Source of the DNA: Syntrophorhabdaceae bacterium
GTDB lineage: Bacteria; Desulfobacterota; Syntrophorhabdia; Syntrophorhabdales; Syntrophorhabdaceae
NCBI GenBank assembly: GCA_963665295.1
Contig: OY762209.1
Location: 1,760,001 to 1,824,000 of the forward strand
DNA: 64,000 nucleotides
Reading direction: 5' to 3'
Shown: one piece after another, positions 32,355 to 42,731 of the stretch
Layout: each line of letters opens with the position of its first letter
Numbering within the stretch: the first letter of the stretch is position 1
Notes under the pieces: generated by a model
The model's input: only the letters and a program-made list of their open reading frames with translations
Databases searched by the model: none
What the model was told of the DNA's origin: nothing
Made by a program: the position numbers and the translations under genes

Positions 32355-33089
32355 ATGTCTAAGATTATATCGGAGAGCATGTCAGGGGGCCTGAGGGCTC
32401 AGATGACGAGGATGGATGTTCTGACAAACAACCTTGCAAACGCCCTGACTCCGGGATACAAGGCGATGAGACCTGTGTTCCATGAGGTTCTGGCCGAAAA
32501 AACATCCGATGCAAAAGACGCGGAGGACCTGCCCGACTCTTCCACGGTGTCCACCTCCACCGATTATTCTCAGGCCCCCCTGGCGAATACGGGTGAAATG
32601 CTGAATCTGGCTATTGAAGGCCCGGGATTTTTTGTCATATCAGCGCCCGGGGGCCCCAGGTACACAAGGAACGGTCAATTTGCCCTCGACAAAGACAAGG
32701 GGCTCGTTACGAACAGCGGCTATCCCGTGTCGGGTGAAGCCGCCGGAAAGATATTCATCAACGGTCGTATGGTGCGAATCGACACGGATGGCTCGGTCTT
32801 TGTCGACGGGATTCGGGTCAATAGAATAAAGGTGGTGGATTTCACGGACAGGGAATCCCTGCAAAGGACAGGTGCGGGTCTTTTCACAAATATTCGTGAG
32901 GAAAACCCCGAAATAACGCCCAAGGGCTACTCGGTCAGGCAGGGATTCATCGAGATGTCGAACGTGAGCGTCACCCGGGAGATGATCGACCTTATCAATT
33001 GTACCCGCGCCTATGAAGCATACAAAAAGGCAACCAGATCCGTGGAAGATGCCGAAGACAGGCTGTTCACCATAAGTCGAACGAAATAA
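32355..33089 (+). CDS. Flagellar basal-body rod protein (FlgF/FlgG family)
   Basis: NNLANxxTPGYK, LAIEGPGFF, YTRNGQF, QGFIEMSNV. Confidence 0.88.
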   Translation: MSKIISESMSGGLRAQMTRMDVLTNNLANALTPGYKAMRPVFHEVLAEKTSDAKDAEDLPDSSTVSTSTDYSQAPLANTGEMLNLAIEGPGFFVISAPGGPRYTRNGQFALDKDKGLVTNSGYPVSGEAAGKIFINGRMVRIDTDGSVFVDGIRVNRIKVVDFTDRESLQRTGAGLFTNIREENPEITPKGYSVRQGFIEMSNVSVTREMIDLINCTRAYEAYKKATRSVEDAEDRLFTISRTK

Positions 33090-33149
33090 TTGTCGATCAA
33101 ATCAGGAAACGGGGACTGCGGCCCTGTCGATTGACGCCGCCCGGGAACG

Positions 33150-34253
33150 TCATGCCTGCCGTCTTCTCAGGCCCCGCTCCACGGTTACTATGAAGTCCTG
33201 GACGTTGGTGAGGATGGAGCGGGCGGTGAGGGTGCCCCGGTTGGCAAGCTTGGCGGCGGCGAATTCGGACATGTCAACAGAATAGAAATAGACGGGCCGC
33301 ACCTGGCCCGCGGCCGTGACCCGGTAGGAAGGCGTCATGTTTCCCGTGGCAATGGCGTGGAGTTCCGTGGCGAGGGTGATTACGGTGGTAGCAGACCTCA
33401 CAAGGGCGCGCATGCCGTCCTGGGCCTCGTATGCGTTGGCGATTACCTCCGGCAGGGGGCCGTCGTCGCGGATGGACCCCGCGAGCACGTAGGGCACGCC
33501 CTTTCGTATCAGCTCCTCCATGACCCCGTCCTTTATGAGCCCCTTCTTCATGGCGGCAGCGATGGAGCCCATGCCCCTTACCGTGTTGATGGCGTCAAGG
33601 TGTTTGTAATGACTCAGCTCCACGGTCTGTTTCGAGTATATCTCCTGCCCCAGGGCGGTTCCGAAGAGGGCCGCTTCCACATCGTGGGTGGCGAGGGCGT
33701 TTCCCGCAAGGACCCCGTGGACATAGCCGTTGTCGATGAGGGCCCGGAAGGCGTCCCGGGCGTCCCTGTCGAATACGGTGGCCGGACCGAGCACCCAGAG
33801 GATGAAGCCATGGCCGCGTTCATATTCCAGGAGGCTGTAAAGCTCGTCGTAATCAATGGAAAAGGACGTTTCACGGGTGATGCGCGTGCGGAAGGCGAAC
33901 TTTTCCGTCCCTTGCCGGGGGTGATCAAAGGCCCCTGTGTGGACGAGGATGCCTTCTTCGCCGTTTTCCTTTCTCCCGAGGGCTACCATGTCGCCTGCCC
34001 CGACATGACGGAACTCCCGGACTGTGAGAGAGCCGTCCCTGTCCCGCACCACGACGCAGTCCATGCGCGATTCTTCGAGTATCTTCCATCCCCGTTCCTT
34101 AAGGTTCAGGTATTCGGGGAAGATGGACGTGGCATGGTAGTATTCCGGGGCCACGCCCGTCTTTTCCGCCCTTTCGAAGACCACCGGGGGTGCATCCCGG
34201 AGAGAGGGGCTCGTAAAGTCGGGGGCGTGGTAAGGGGGCAGAGTAAAGGCCAT
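33150..34253 (-). CDS. TIGR00300/ArgZ-C-terminal-like ornithine cyclodeaminase family protein
   Basis: YHATSIFPEY, SRMDC, AGNALATHD, LAGSIRDDGPLP, LHAIATGNM; AGGAG RBS before ATG 34253. Confidence 0.75.
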   Translation of the reverse strand: MAFTLPPYHAPDFTSPSLRDAPPVVFERAEKTGVAPEYYHATSIFPEYLNLKERGWKILEESRMDCVVVRDRDGSLTVREFRHVGAGDMVALGRKENGEEGILVHTGAFDHPRQGTEKFAFRTRITRETSFSIDYDELYSLLEYERGHGFILWVLGPATVFDRDARDAFRALIDNGYVHGVLAGNALATHDVEAALFGTALGQEIYSKQTVELSHYKHLDAINTVRGMGSIAAAMKKGLIKDGVMEELIRKGVPYVLAGSIRDDGPLPEVIANAYEAQDGMRALVRSATTVITLATELHAIATGNMTPSYRVTAAGQVRPVYFYSVDMSEFAAAKLANRGTLTARSILTNVQDFIVTVERGLRRRQA

Positions 34254-34267
34254 GGGCGACGCTCCTT

Positions 34268-35599
34268 TTATCCCAGGGATTGCCGGACCACCTCTTCGAA
34301 GATGGTGAGGCATGTATCGATTTCCTCCGCGCTTACCGTGAGGGCAGGGCAGAAACGGAGGGTATTCTCTCCGCACCCGAGAAGGAGGAGGCCTTTCCTG
34401 AACGCATTCTGGACGATGGCGTTTCTCAGTTCCCCAGCCCGCTCCCTGGTGTCGCGGTTTTTTACCAGTTCTACGCCCACCATGAGGCCCAGACCGCGCA
34501 CATCGCCCATGCATTCATAGGACTTCTGAAGACTTTTGAGGCCTTCCATGAGGCGCGCGCCCTCGATTGCCGCGTTTTCCATAAGCTCTTCTTCGAGGAG
34601 GCTGATCGTGGCAAGGGCAGCCTCGCACGAGACAGGGTTGCCGCCGAAGGTGGAGGCGTGGGAACCCGCTTCCCAATCCATGATCTCCGCCCGGGCGATC
34701 ATGGCCCCGAGGGGCAGGCCCGAGGCGATGCCCTTGGCAAGGGCTACGATGTCGGGGACCACGCCGAAGTGTTCCACAGCGAGCATCCTGCCTGTCCGTC
34801 CCATGCCCGACTGGACCTCGTCGGCCACGAAAAGGATGCCGTTCTTCTGTGCCACCCGATAAAGTTCCTTCAAAAATTCAGAGGGCGGCACGATGTAGCC
34901 CCCTTCGCCCTGGATGGGCTCCACAAAGATGGCGGCCACCTCCTCGGCGGGCATTACGGTCCTGAACAGGGTGTCTTCAATCCAGCGGACGCACTCCAGG
35001 CCGCAGTCCGGATAACAAAGCCCATAGGCGCAGCGGTAGCAGTATGCGTAGGGTACGTGGGTGATGCCGGGCACCAGGGGGTTGTAATGTTTTTTTTGGA
35101 TCGACTTGCTCGCCGTGAGCGAGAGGGCGCCCATGGTTCGTCCGTGGAATGCGCCGAAGAAGGCGATATTCAGTTCGCGCCGCGTATGCCAGCGGGCGAG
35201 TTTGAAGGCAGCCTCCACGGCCTCCGCCCCCGAGTTTCCGAAGAAGGTCTTTTTGTCCCCCGCCCCCGGGACGATGGAAGAGAGCTTTTCGGCGAGGACG
35301 ATCTGGGGGGTGTAATAGAAGTCCGTCCCCGACATATGGAGAAGGCGCTCGGCCTGTGCCTTGATGGCGGCCACCACTCGCGGGTGGCAATGGCCCGTGG
35401 CGGTGACGGCGATGCCCGCGGTGAAATCGAGGAACAGATTGCCGTCTGCGTCCTCGACCCAGAGCCCCGAAGCCTTTTCAACGACCAGGGGATAGGCCCT
35501 TGTATAGGATGGCGAAACATACCTTGCGTCGGTTTGGATTCTCCGGGACGCCTCGGGGCCCGGAAGGGTCGTCTTTATGATGGGGTATTTCATTTTCAC
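34268..35599 (-). CDS. Class-III PLP aminotransferase (ornithine/GABA type)
   Basis: NSGAEAVE, FHGRT, EPIQGEGG, DEVQSGMGRTG, AKG, STFGGNP. Confidence 0.9.
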   Translation of the reverse strand: MKMKYPIIKTTLPGPEASRRIQTDARYVSPSYTRAYPLVVEKASGLWVEDADGNLFLDFTAGIAVTATGHCHPRVVAAIKAQAERLLHMSGTDFYYTPQIVLAEKLSSIVPGAGDKKTFFGNSGAEAVEAAFKLARWHTRRELNIAFFGAFHGRTMGALSLTASKSIQKKHYNPLVPGITHVPYAYCYRCAYGLCYPDCGLECVRWIEDTLFRTVMPAEEVAAIFVEPIQGEGGYIVPPSEFLKELYRVAQKNGILFVADEVQSGMGRTGRMLAVEHFGVVPDIVALAKGIASGLPLGAMIARAEIMDWEAGSHASTFGGNPVSCEAALATISLLEEELMENAAIEGARLMEGLKSLQKSYECMGDVRGLGLMVGVELVKNRDTRERAGELRNAIVQNAFRKGLLLLGCGENTLRFCPALTVSAEEIDTCLTIFEEVVRQSLG

Positions 35600-35842
35600 C
35601 TCTCCAAAATGCCTGACCGGGGATGTGGGACGCCGCGGGTTTGCCCTCTGTCGCTCACACCGGTCGGGGCGGTTCCGCGCCCTTTCTTATAAGTTATAGC
35701 ACGGGGCATGAATGTTAAACGTGTTTTGCCGTAAAAAGAGGTCGAAAAAGCGCGTCCGGAGATATACAATAGAATGAAGGGCAAAGGGCGGGAACCGTGC
35801 CGACCGGAGCGCCTTGCACGACTCTCTGAGGTGAAGGGTGAT

Positions 35843-37183
35843 ATGGCGGAGAAGGTAATTATCATGGGGGCGGCGGGCAGGGATTTTCATAACTTCAATA
35901 TCTACTTCAGGGATAACCCCCGTTACCGGGTCATAGCGTTTACCGCCGCCCAGATCCCCACCATCGCAGGGAGGACTTACCCGCCCGAGCTTTCAGGGGG
36001 GCTTTACCCTGCGGGCATCCCGATCTATCCCGAGAGCGAGCTTACCCGGCTCATCCGGCTTTACCGGGTGGATCTGGTGGCCTTTTCCTACAGCGACCTT
36101 CCCCACGTGGAGGTCATGCACAAGGCTTCCCTCGTAATGGCGGAGGGGGCGGATTTCATTCTTATCGGGGCCACGTATACCATGCTCCGGTCGAAAAGGA
36201 AGGTCGTGGCCGTGTCCGCGGTCCGCACGGGTGCGGGAAAATCGCAGACAACCCGGAAGGTCTGCGAGATCATGGGGGACCTCGGAAAGAGGGTTGTGGC
36301 GGTCCGTCACCCCATGCCCTACGGGGACCTGAAAACCCAGGTGGTTCAGCGCTTCGCGCGGTATGAGGATTTTGATCTTCACCATTGCACCCTGGAGGAA
36401 AGGGAAGAATACGAACCCCTCGTGGACCGGGGGATCGTGGTCTACGCGGGGGTCGATTACCGCATGATCCTTGAAGCAGCGGAAAAGGAAGCCGATGTAA
36501 TCGTCTGGGACGGGGGAAACAACGACACGCCCTTTTACTTCCCCGACATCCACATCGTACTCTTCGACCCGCACCGGCCGGGCCACGAACTGCTCTACTA
36601 CCCGGGAGAGACCAACATGCTCATGGCGGACATCGCGGTAATCAACAAGGTGGATACGGCCCTTCCTGAAAACGTCGCCAAGGTCCGGGCCAATATCGAA
36701 GAATATGCCCCGTCGGCCTCGATCGTCTTGGCCGAGTCTCCCATTATCGTCAGCCGTCCCGACCTTATCCGCGGGCAACGGGTGCTCGTGGTGGAGGACG
36801 GACCCACCCTCACCCACGGAGGGATGTCCGTGGGGGCCGGCTACATCGCGGCGACCCAGTTCGGGGCGCGGGAAGTCGTGGACCCCCGGCCCTACGCAGC
36901 GGGAACGATCAGAGAGGTTTACACGAAGTACCCCCACATAGGACCCCTGCTCCCTGCCATGGGCTACAGCGCCGGGCAGATTTTCGATCTCGAGGAGACC
37001 ATCAACCGGACGGAGTGCGACCTCGTTCTCTTCGCCACCCCCATTCAGCTTACCCGGGTGCTGAGCATAAACAAGCCGACCCTTCGCGTGCGCTATGAGT
37101 ACAGGGACCGCGGGGAACCGCGCCTTGAAGACTGCCTCCTGTCCCGCCTCGGAGCCCTCCCGGAATCCCGGACGGACGGGTGA
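35843..37183 (+). CDS. cDPGS-like P-loop protein; probable arginine synthetase (ArcE-like)
   Basis: MGAAGRDFHNFN, AVRTGAGKSQT, RHPMPYG, WDGGNND, EDGPTLTHG; beside ornithine enzymes. Confidence 0.7.
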   Translation: MAEKVIIMGAAGRDFHNFNIYFRDNPRYRVIAFTAAQIPTIAGRTYPPELSGGLYPAGIPIYPESELTRLIRLYRVDLVAFSYSDLPHVEVMHKASLVMAEGADFILIGATYTMLRSKRKVVAVSAVRTGAGKSQTTRKVCEIMGDLGKRVVAVRHPMPYGDLKTQVVQRFARYEDFDLHHCTLEEREEYEPLVDRGIVVYAGVDYRMILEAAEKEADVIVWDGGNNDTPFYFPDIHIVLFDPHRPGHELLYYPGETNMLMADIAVINKVDTALPENVAKVRANIEEYAPSASIVLAESPIIVSRPDLIRGQRVLVVEDGPTLTHGGMSVGAGYIAATQFGAREVVDPRPYAAGTIREVYTKYPHIGPLLPAMGYSAGQIFDLEETINRTECDLVLFATPIQLTRVLSINKPTLRVRYEYRDRGEPRLEDCLLSRLGALPESRTDG

Positions 37184-37187
37184 GGTC

Positions 37188-38168
37188 CTAAACCTCGATC
37201 ACGAGGCCGTCGTAGGCAAGGTCTATCACGAGAGACGATGATTCCTCGTAGATCCTGAGGTACCTCCGTGTATCGTCCAGGAACTTGTCAAGGGTCTCGT
37301 CATCGAAGGTAGGCTCGTTGTGAAAGATGCAAAGCCGTTTCACCTTCGCTTCCACGCTGAACTCCACGGCCATGATATTGCTGGAATGGCCCCAGTTTTC
37401 CTTGGAGGAGATGGCGTCCAGCAAGGGATACTGGGCCTCGAATATGAGGAGGTCCGCGTCCTTGAAGAAGGGGAAAAAGGATCGGTCGTCCCGGCCCAGT
37501 TCGCCCTTGTGCTCGGAATCGGTGGAATAGACGATTGCCTTGCCGTCCTTCTCGAACCGGTAACCCCAGGACGTGCCCGGGTGGCTCTGCCTTTTCGCTC
37601 TTACCCGGAAACCCGCGATATCATATTCCCTTTCCGCTTCGAGGACGGTGAAGGTAATGCGGGCGTTCATGGCGCTTAAAGGCACGGGGAAGAAAGGATA
37701 CTCCTGCTGGCTTACGAAGGCCCTTTCCAGTTCTTCATGAAGGCCGAAGATATTGATCCTGTTCCCCTCCTGGTATGCAGGGACAAAAAACGGAAACCCC
37801 TGGATGTGGTCCCAGTGGAGGTGGGACATGAAGATATTGTAGACGGACGTGTTGCTTTTCGGGTCCCCGGGCCCCCGGGAGAGAAGGTGGTTGCCGAGGT
37901 CCCTTATCCCTGTCCCCGCATCGCAGATGACATATTCATTCCCGCCTTCCACTTCGATGCAGGATGTGTTGACGCCATAGGTCCCCACGGCTGAAAAGGG
38001 GATATCCCCGCGGGCGAGGGCTTCGTTCAGAAATGTCTCTATGCCTTCATCGTCGGAGAATATGAGACCCTTTGAAGCGCCCAAGGCTCTGATGATCTTT
38101 TTTCTTATGGCCTCTGATGAAATGGAAGCAGGCAGAGATCCCCTCGTGCCCCAGAAACGGACTTTCAT
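37188..38168 (-). CDS. MBL-fold metallohydrolase (cNMP phosphodiesterase-like)
   Basis: FWGTRGS, DAGTG, SHLHWDHIQG, WGHS. Confidence 0.88.
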   Translation of the reverse strand: MKVRFWGTRGSLPASISSEAIRKKIIRALGASKGLIFSDDEGIETFLNEALARGDIPFSAVGTYGVNTSCIEVEGGNEYVICDAGTGIRDLGNHLLSRGPGDPKSNTSVYNIFMSHLHWDHIQGFPFFVPAYQEGNRINIFGLHEELERAFVSQQEYPFFPVPLSAMNARITFTVLEAEREYDIAGFRVRAKRQSHPGTSWGYRFEKDGKAIVYSTDSEHKGELGRDDRSFFPFFKDADLLIFEAQYPLLDAISSKENWGHSSNIMAVEFSVEAKVKRLCIFHNEPTFDDETLDKFLDDTRRYLRIYEESSSLVIDLAYDGLVIEV

Positions 38169-38375
38169 TACAAACCTCCCGGCAAAATAGGATACTCTCC
38201 CGCATTTCTTCTTTAATACTATCATACCCCGCTATCCAGTGAAATAATGAACCGCTCAGCTACGGTTAATTTTCGTCAATCTTCTTGTATTCTCTTTTTG
38301 AGCCGTGATACTCTTCCTCATGGATGAGCCGATTCCGGTCAAGGATTGCATCTTCGTGAAAAGGCGGCGGCAGGG

Positions 38376-40334
38376 GTGAAAAGGACCCTTGTACCGGTCA
38401 TTTTCGGCATTACCATCACCCTTATCTTTGCCTTTCTGGCGGCGACCAGGTTCCTTCCCTTTCAACGGCTTGAATTTCTCCTTTACGACATGGCATATCA
38501 GGTCCGGGGCAAGGCGGCCCCTCCCGGCGAAGTCATTATCCTTGGGGTTGACGACAGGGATATCGAAAAGATGGGAAGGTGGCCATGGGGCAGGGACACC
38601 CTCGCATCGGTAATACGCGCGGTGGCGGCCATGGGACCCAGGGTCATCGTATCGGACATCATACTGAGCGAACCGTCCCGGGGCGATGACGCCGTAGCGG
38701 ATGCCATTAAAGAAACGGGGAACCTTGTCCTCCCCATCGTCTTCCGGTTTAAAGGCGAGAAGAGGCGGGTGGAGGACGACACGTTCCTCAATAATGCCTT
38801 TACCACGGTGAGAAACCCGGACAGGCTCAAACTCTTTACCCCCATAACCGCAGGCAACGTGCTCCTTCCCCTGGAGAAATTATCGTCGGGTGCGAGCGCT
38901 CTCGGCCACATAAACATGTTTCCTGATAAAGACGGGGTCTTGAGGTGGGAGGTCATGGCAGTGGAGTATGACGGTGAAATCTACCCGTCCATAGACCTCC
39001 AGGCCGCAAGGCTCTTTCTCGGCCTTCCCCCCCAGGCGATGAAGCTTCTCGCCACGGAAGGCATAGATCTCGGTGGAAAGACCATACCCACGGACCCGTG
39101 GGGCAGGTCGTTGATACGCTACTACGGGCCGGAGAGGACCTTCCCTTACATTACCGTATCGGACATCATGGAAGGGAAGGTGAAGCCGGGGGCCGTCAAA
39201 GACAAAATAGTCATTCTCGGGGTGACCGCCGTGGGCGTATACGACCTGAGGGTGACACCTGCGTCCCCCGCCATGCCCGGTGTCGAAAAACACGCCAACG
39301 TGATAGCCTCGATTCTCCACAATAATTTTGCCGTCAAGGCGGACAACCTCATAAACCTCCTGGTGGTCCTCATATCCGGCGTTGCCTTCTCTCTCTTTAT
39401 CGCGAGACTCAGGGCCCTGCCGGGGGCGCTCCTGTCGCTCGCCTTCCTCGCCGTGCTGTTCCTCACAAGTTATTTCCTCTTTTTCCAGAAAGGCGTATGG
39501 ATTGCGTTGAGCTTTCCCGGGAACAACATACTCGTAATCTACCTGGTAGTTACCGCGTACAGGTATGCCACGGAAGAACGGTTCGCGAAGAGGATCCGGA
39601 ATATGTTTTCAAGTTATGTCACGGAGAAGATAGTGAACGAGTTGATCAGGAACCCGGACCTTGCGAAGCTCGGCGGAGAGAGGAGGGAGATAACCGTCCT
39701 CTTTTCGGACATCAAGGACTTCACTACCTTTTGCGAGCAGAACGCCCCCGAGGAGGTGGTGACCCGCCTGAACGAGTACCTCGGCGAGATGACCCAGGTG
39801 GTGTTGTCCTGGGACGGAACAGTGGACAAGTTTGTGGGCGACATGATCGTGGCCTTCTGGGGTGCTCCCCTTCCGCAGGAAGACCACGCCGTCCTTGCGG
39901 TGAAGTGCGCCCTCAACATGGTGAAAAGGCTGGGGGAACTTCAGGAAAAGTGGGCGAGGGAAGGCGAGGCGGTCCTCGACGCGGGCATCGGCCTCAACAC
40001 GGGCGACATGATCGTGGGGAACATCGGCGCGGAAGGAAAGAAGATGGAGTACACGGTGATAGGCGACAACGTAAACCTGGGATCGAGGGTGGAAGGGCTG
40101 ACGCGCAAGTATAACGCCCGCATCATCATCACGGAGTCTACCCTTGACCACATAAGACCGGCCCTGGAAGCAGGGAGGATATGGGGGCTCAAGGTGAAGG
40201 GCCTCGAAGAAGTCGTGGTGAAGGGGAGAACCAGGCCCGCAGCAGTGTACGAACTTGTGAGCCTGAAAAAAGGCGAAGAGTCGGTCATCATAGAATGTGA
40301 AAAGCGCGATGCCGTCTACTTGACGGAGAAGTGA
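38376..40334 (+). CDS. CHASE2-domain class III adenylate cyclase
   Basis: GRWPW, D-DGVLR, PGVExHA, three TMs, FSDI, DKFVGD, YTVIGDNVNLGSR. Confidence 0.92.
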   Translation: MKRTLVPVIFGITITLIFAFLAATRFLPFQRLEFLLYDMAYQVRGKAAPPGEVIILGVDDRDIEKMGRWPWGRDTLASVIRAVAAMGPRVIVSDIILSEPSRGDDAVADAIKETGNLVLPIVFRFKGEKRRVEDDTFLNNAFTTVRNPDRLKLFTPITAGNVLLPLEKLSSGASALGHINMFPDKDGVLRWEVMAVEYDGEIYPSIDLQAARLFLGLPPQAMKLLATEGIDLGGKTIPTDPWGRSLIRYYGPERTFPYITVSDIMEGKVKPGAVKDKIVILGVTAVGVYDLRVTPASPAMPGVEKHANVIASILHNNFAVKADNLINLLVVLISGVAFSLFIARLRALPGALLSLAFLAVLFLTSYFLFFQKGVWIALSFPGNNILVIYLVVTAYRYATEERFAKRIRNMFSSYVTEKIVNELIRNPDLAKLGGERREITVLFSDIKDFTTFCEQNAPEEVVTRLNEYLGEMTQVVLSWDGTVDKFVGDMIVAFWGAPLPQEDHAVLAVKCALNMVKRLGELQEKWAREGEAVLDAGIGLNTGDMIVGNIGAEGKKMEYTVIGDNVNLGSRVEGLTRKYNARIIITESTLDHIRPALEAGRIWGLKVKGLEEVVVKGRTRPAAVYELVSLKKGEESVIIECEKRDAVYLTEK

Positions 40335-40380
40335 CGGCAGGAGCGGGAAAGGACCTGGAAGCGTCGGATAATGCCTTACC

Positions 40381-40412
40381 GGGGGGGCGATGGAGACCCA
40401 TCCGCCCCCCCC
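40381..40412. terminator. GC-rich hairpin between convergent genes
   Basis: GGGGGGCG-ATGG...CCAT-C-CGCCCCCC; no clear U run. Confidence 0.4.
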
Positions 40413-40462
40413 GTTGTTGAAACCCCGAACCGCAAGGCCGGGGTTGATAGACTTGTTCCCGA

Positions 40463-41302
40463 CTAGCGTGGCATGGGCTGGCTGTGGCCATGGGTGGCCG
40501 CCACTCCGCTGCCGCCGCCTCCACCGCCGGTAGCCGCTGCCGTGCCCGCGATCACTGCCGCCGCACCTGCAACAACGCCTGCGATCGTTCCCGCCGATAT
40601 CCCGGCGGCTGCCGCGTGGCCCGCCAATCCTCCTGCCGTGCCGGCTCCCGCGGGAGCCGGCACGCCGAGGTTGATGAGGATACCGATTATGGCCATCATG
40701 CTGAAGGCTGCGGGGATTGTGGGCGGACGCCCCTTGACGACCTCACTGTACTGACCCGCGTTCACCGTAACGTCCTGGGCGGGGAATTCCGGATTGGAGA
40801 CAGTTATCGATTTGTCGAGGGTGTAGAAAACCGACTTGGAGGGCGCCCCTTCGCTGGGCTCCTCAAGCACGGTCAGCCATTCCGTCCCTCTCGCGCCTGC
40901 CACGGCGTCCGGGGTCCGCACCTGAATCTTCGCCTCGGGAGTGAGCATCTTCAGTATCTTGGTGTGCACCGCGCCCGAGGTGACGGACAGTACACTGCTT
41001 TCTTTGCCGTCCTTCAGAAGAAAAGCGGTTATTTCGAGGCTTGACCGGGACGCGACGCTGCACTGGACATTATTGGCGAGCAACAATTTCGCCCTCGATT
41101 TTTCTTTTGTGGTGATAAGGTCTTTGACAAACACGGGGTCGTCGACGGCCGGCGTAAGGCTTCCGGAAGCCCGTTTCAGGGAGACCGTTCCCTTCACGTC
41201 GATAAATTTGCCCACCCCTTCCGCAAAAAGAGGAAAGGGAAGAAAAAGTTGAAATACGAGTAACCATAGGATCATTTTGCTGAGCGGGCCTGATAGGTTC
41301 AT
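40463..41302 (-). CDS. FecR-domain secreted protein
   Basis: Signal peptide, TPDAVAGARGT, Gly/Ala-rich hydrophobic tail. Confidence 0.85.
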   Translation of the reverse strand: MNLSGPLSKMILWLLVFQLFLPFPLFAEGVGKFIDVKGTVSLKRASGSLTPAVDDPVFVKDLITTKEKSRAKLLLANNVQCSVASRSSLEITAFLLKDGKESSVLSVTSGAVHTKILKMLTPEAKIQVRTPDAVAGARGTEWLTVLEEPSEGAPSKSVFYTLDKSITVSNPEFPAQDVTVNAGQYSEVVKGRPPTIPAAFSMMAIIGILINLGVPAPAGAGTAGGLAGHAAAAGISAGTIAGVVAGAAAVIAGTAAATGGGGGGSGVAATHGHSQPMPR

Positions 41303-41461
41303 TACGTCTCTCCTCTCTTGATTGGGGCAAGGAAATTCCTCAACATACGCTTTACCGGCGTCGGTTTCGTCATTCCCATTTTGCTTTGAAATCCCCCATA
41401 GAGAAAATACCACAGGCCTCCACTTAAAATCCAGCGTAAAGGCAACCGGGCCGGCAGGTCA

Positions 41462-42322
41462 TCATTTCGATAACTGCAGGATTCTGTATGCGCCTCTTCC
41501 CACGAGCATGAAAATGATGGTTCCCACGATAAGGTCGGGCAGCTTGGATGTGGTCAGATATACGGCCACGCCCGCAACGATGACGCCCAGGTTGACGATG
41601 ACGTCGGTGGATGTGAAGATCACGCTCGCCTGCATATGGGCCTCCCGGCTCCTTGATTTCTGAAGCAGGTACAGGCAGATTGCGTTCCCGGCAAGGGCGA
41701 GAAAGGAGATAATGATCATGAGGTGAAAATCGGGTGTCTCTTCGTATCCCACAAAACGCCTGATTACCTCGGCAAGCCCCAAAACGGCCAATCCGAACTG
41801 GAAATAGCCCGCTACTCCGGCGACACGTTTTTTCCGGGAGATGGTCCCACCCACGGCGAAGAGGGAGAGGGCATACACGATGCTGTCCGCCAGCATGTCG
41901 AGGCTGTCGGCGACGAGCCCCATGGAGCCCGCAATGAAGCCGGTGAGCATTTCCAGGGCGAAAAAGAAGAAGTTGATACCGAGAACCTGCCACAATACCC
42001 GTCGTTCCTCCCGGTGGGTGCTGACCACGTCCACCGCGTCCGTCGGCTCCGAGGAGAGAAGCTTCGTGTCCAGGTGGAGGCTATCCAGGGCCGCGAGGAG
42101 GTTGTGGTAGTCTTCCGTATGGTGCACCACGAGGCTGCGTCCCGGTATGTCGAACAGGAGGGAGCGGACATTGCTCAACCCCTCCAGTTTCATCCGTATC
42201 ATGCGTTCCTCTGAAGGGCAATCCATCTTTGAGATACTGAACGTCGTCTTTGTCCGGCTTTCGTTTCCGTCGCCCGTCTCGCAAACCCGGTTGCCGCCCG
42301 GTTGTGGCGGCATTGCGGTCAT
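41462..42322 (-). CDS. HMA-domain cation transporter (CDF-related)
   Basis: KMDCPSEE HMA, SMGLVADSLDMLAD, D...N.GVI; start uncertain. Confidence 0.8.
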   Translation of the reverse strand: MTAMPPQPGGNRVCETGDGNESRTKTTFSISKMDCPSEERMIRMKLEGLSNVRSLLFDIPGRSLVVHHTEDYHNLLAALDSLHLDTKLLSSEPTDAVDVVSTHREERRVLWQVLGINFFFFALEMLTGFIAGSMGLVADSLDMLADSIVYALSLFAVGGTISRKKRVAGVAGYFQFGLAVLGLAEVIRRFVGYEETPDFHLMIIISFLALAGNAICLYLLQKSRSREAHMQASVIFTSTDVIVNLGVIVAGVAVYLTTSKLPDLIVGTIIFMLVGRGAYRILQLSK

Positions 42323-42731
42323 TATCTGAACGAGTTGAGGCTGGGTGCTCTCCACGTCCACCGAGTCCTTCATCCGTATCATGCGCTCCTCTGAAGAGCA
42401 GTCCATCTTCGAGATGTGAACGTCGTCTTCGCCATTTGTCTTCCCGGTACATATTGTAGCAGTGTGATGAAGGGTAAAGCAAGGGGCACAGTCGATGATC
42501 ACGGATGTTTCGGGCATGAAGGTCGGGATTGTGCTTGTGAGTCTTGCGTACACTTGGACGGATCGCCGCACGGGACGAAAACGCTATATAGGCCGCTCTG
42601 CAAAGGGAGGCGTGCTCTGGCGTATGAATATACGCCGACGCCCAGCCTCCCTTCACAGCCCAACCTATCTAGTGTCTCCGCCCCGTGCGACGATCCACTC
42701 GACCCGGCAGCAATTAATCAAAAGAGCTAAT

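Noticed and set aside
33357..35692. Long antisense ORFs (387 and 470 aa; also 25961-27043, 13626-14579 and others)
   Set aside because: Shadow ORFs of GC-rich genes on the opposite strand, with no recognisable motifs.
38376..40334. Cyclase as the Pycsar partner of the 4351 effector
   Set aside because: It is 34 kb away, has a CHASE2 sensor architecture and adenine-type specificity residues.
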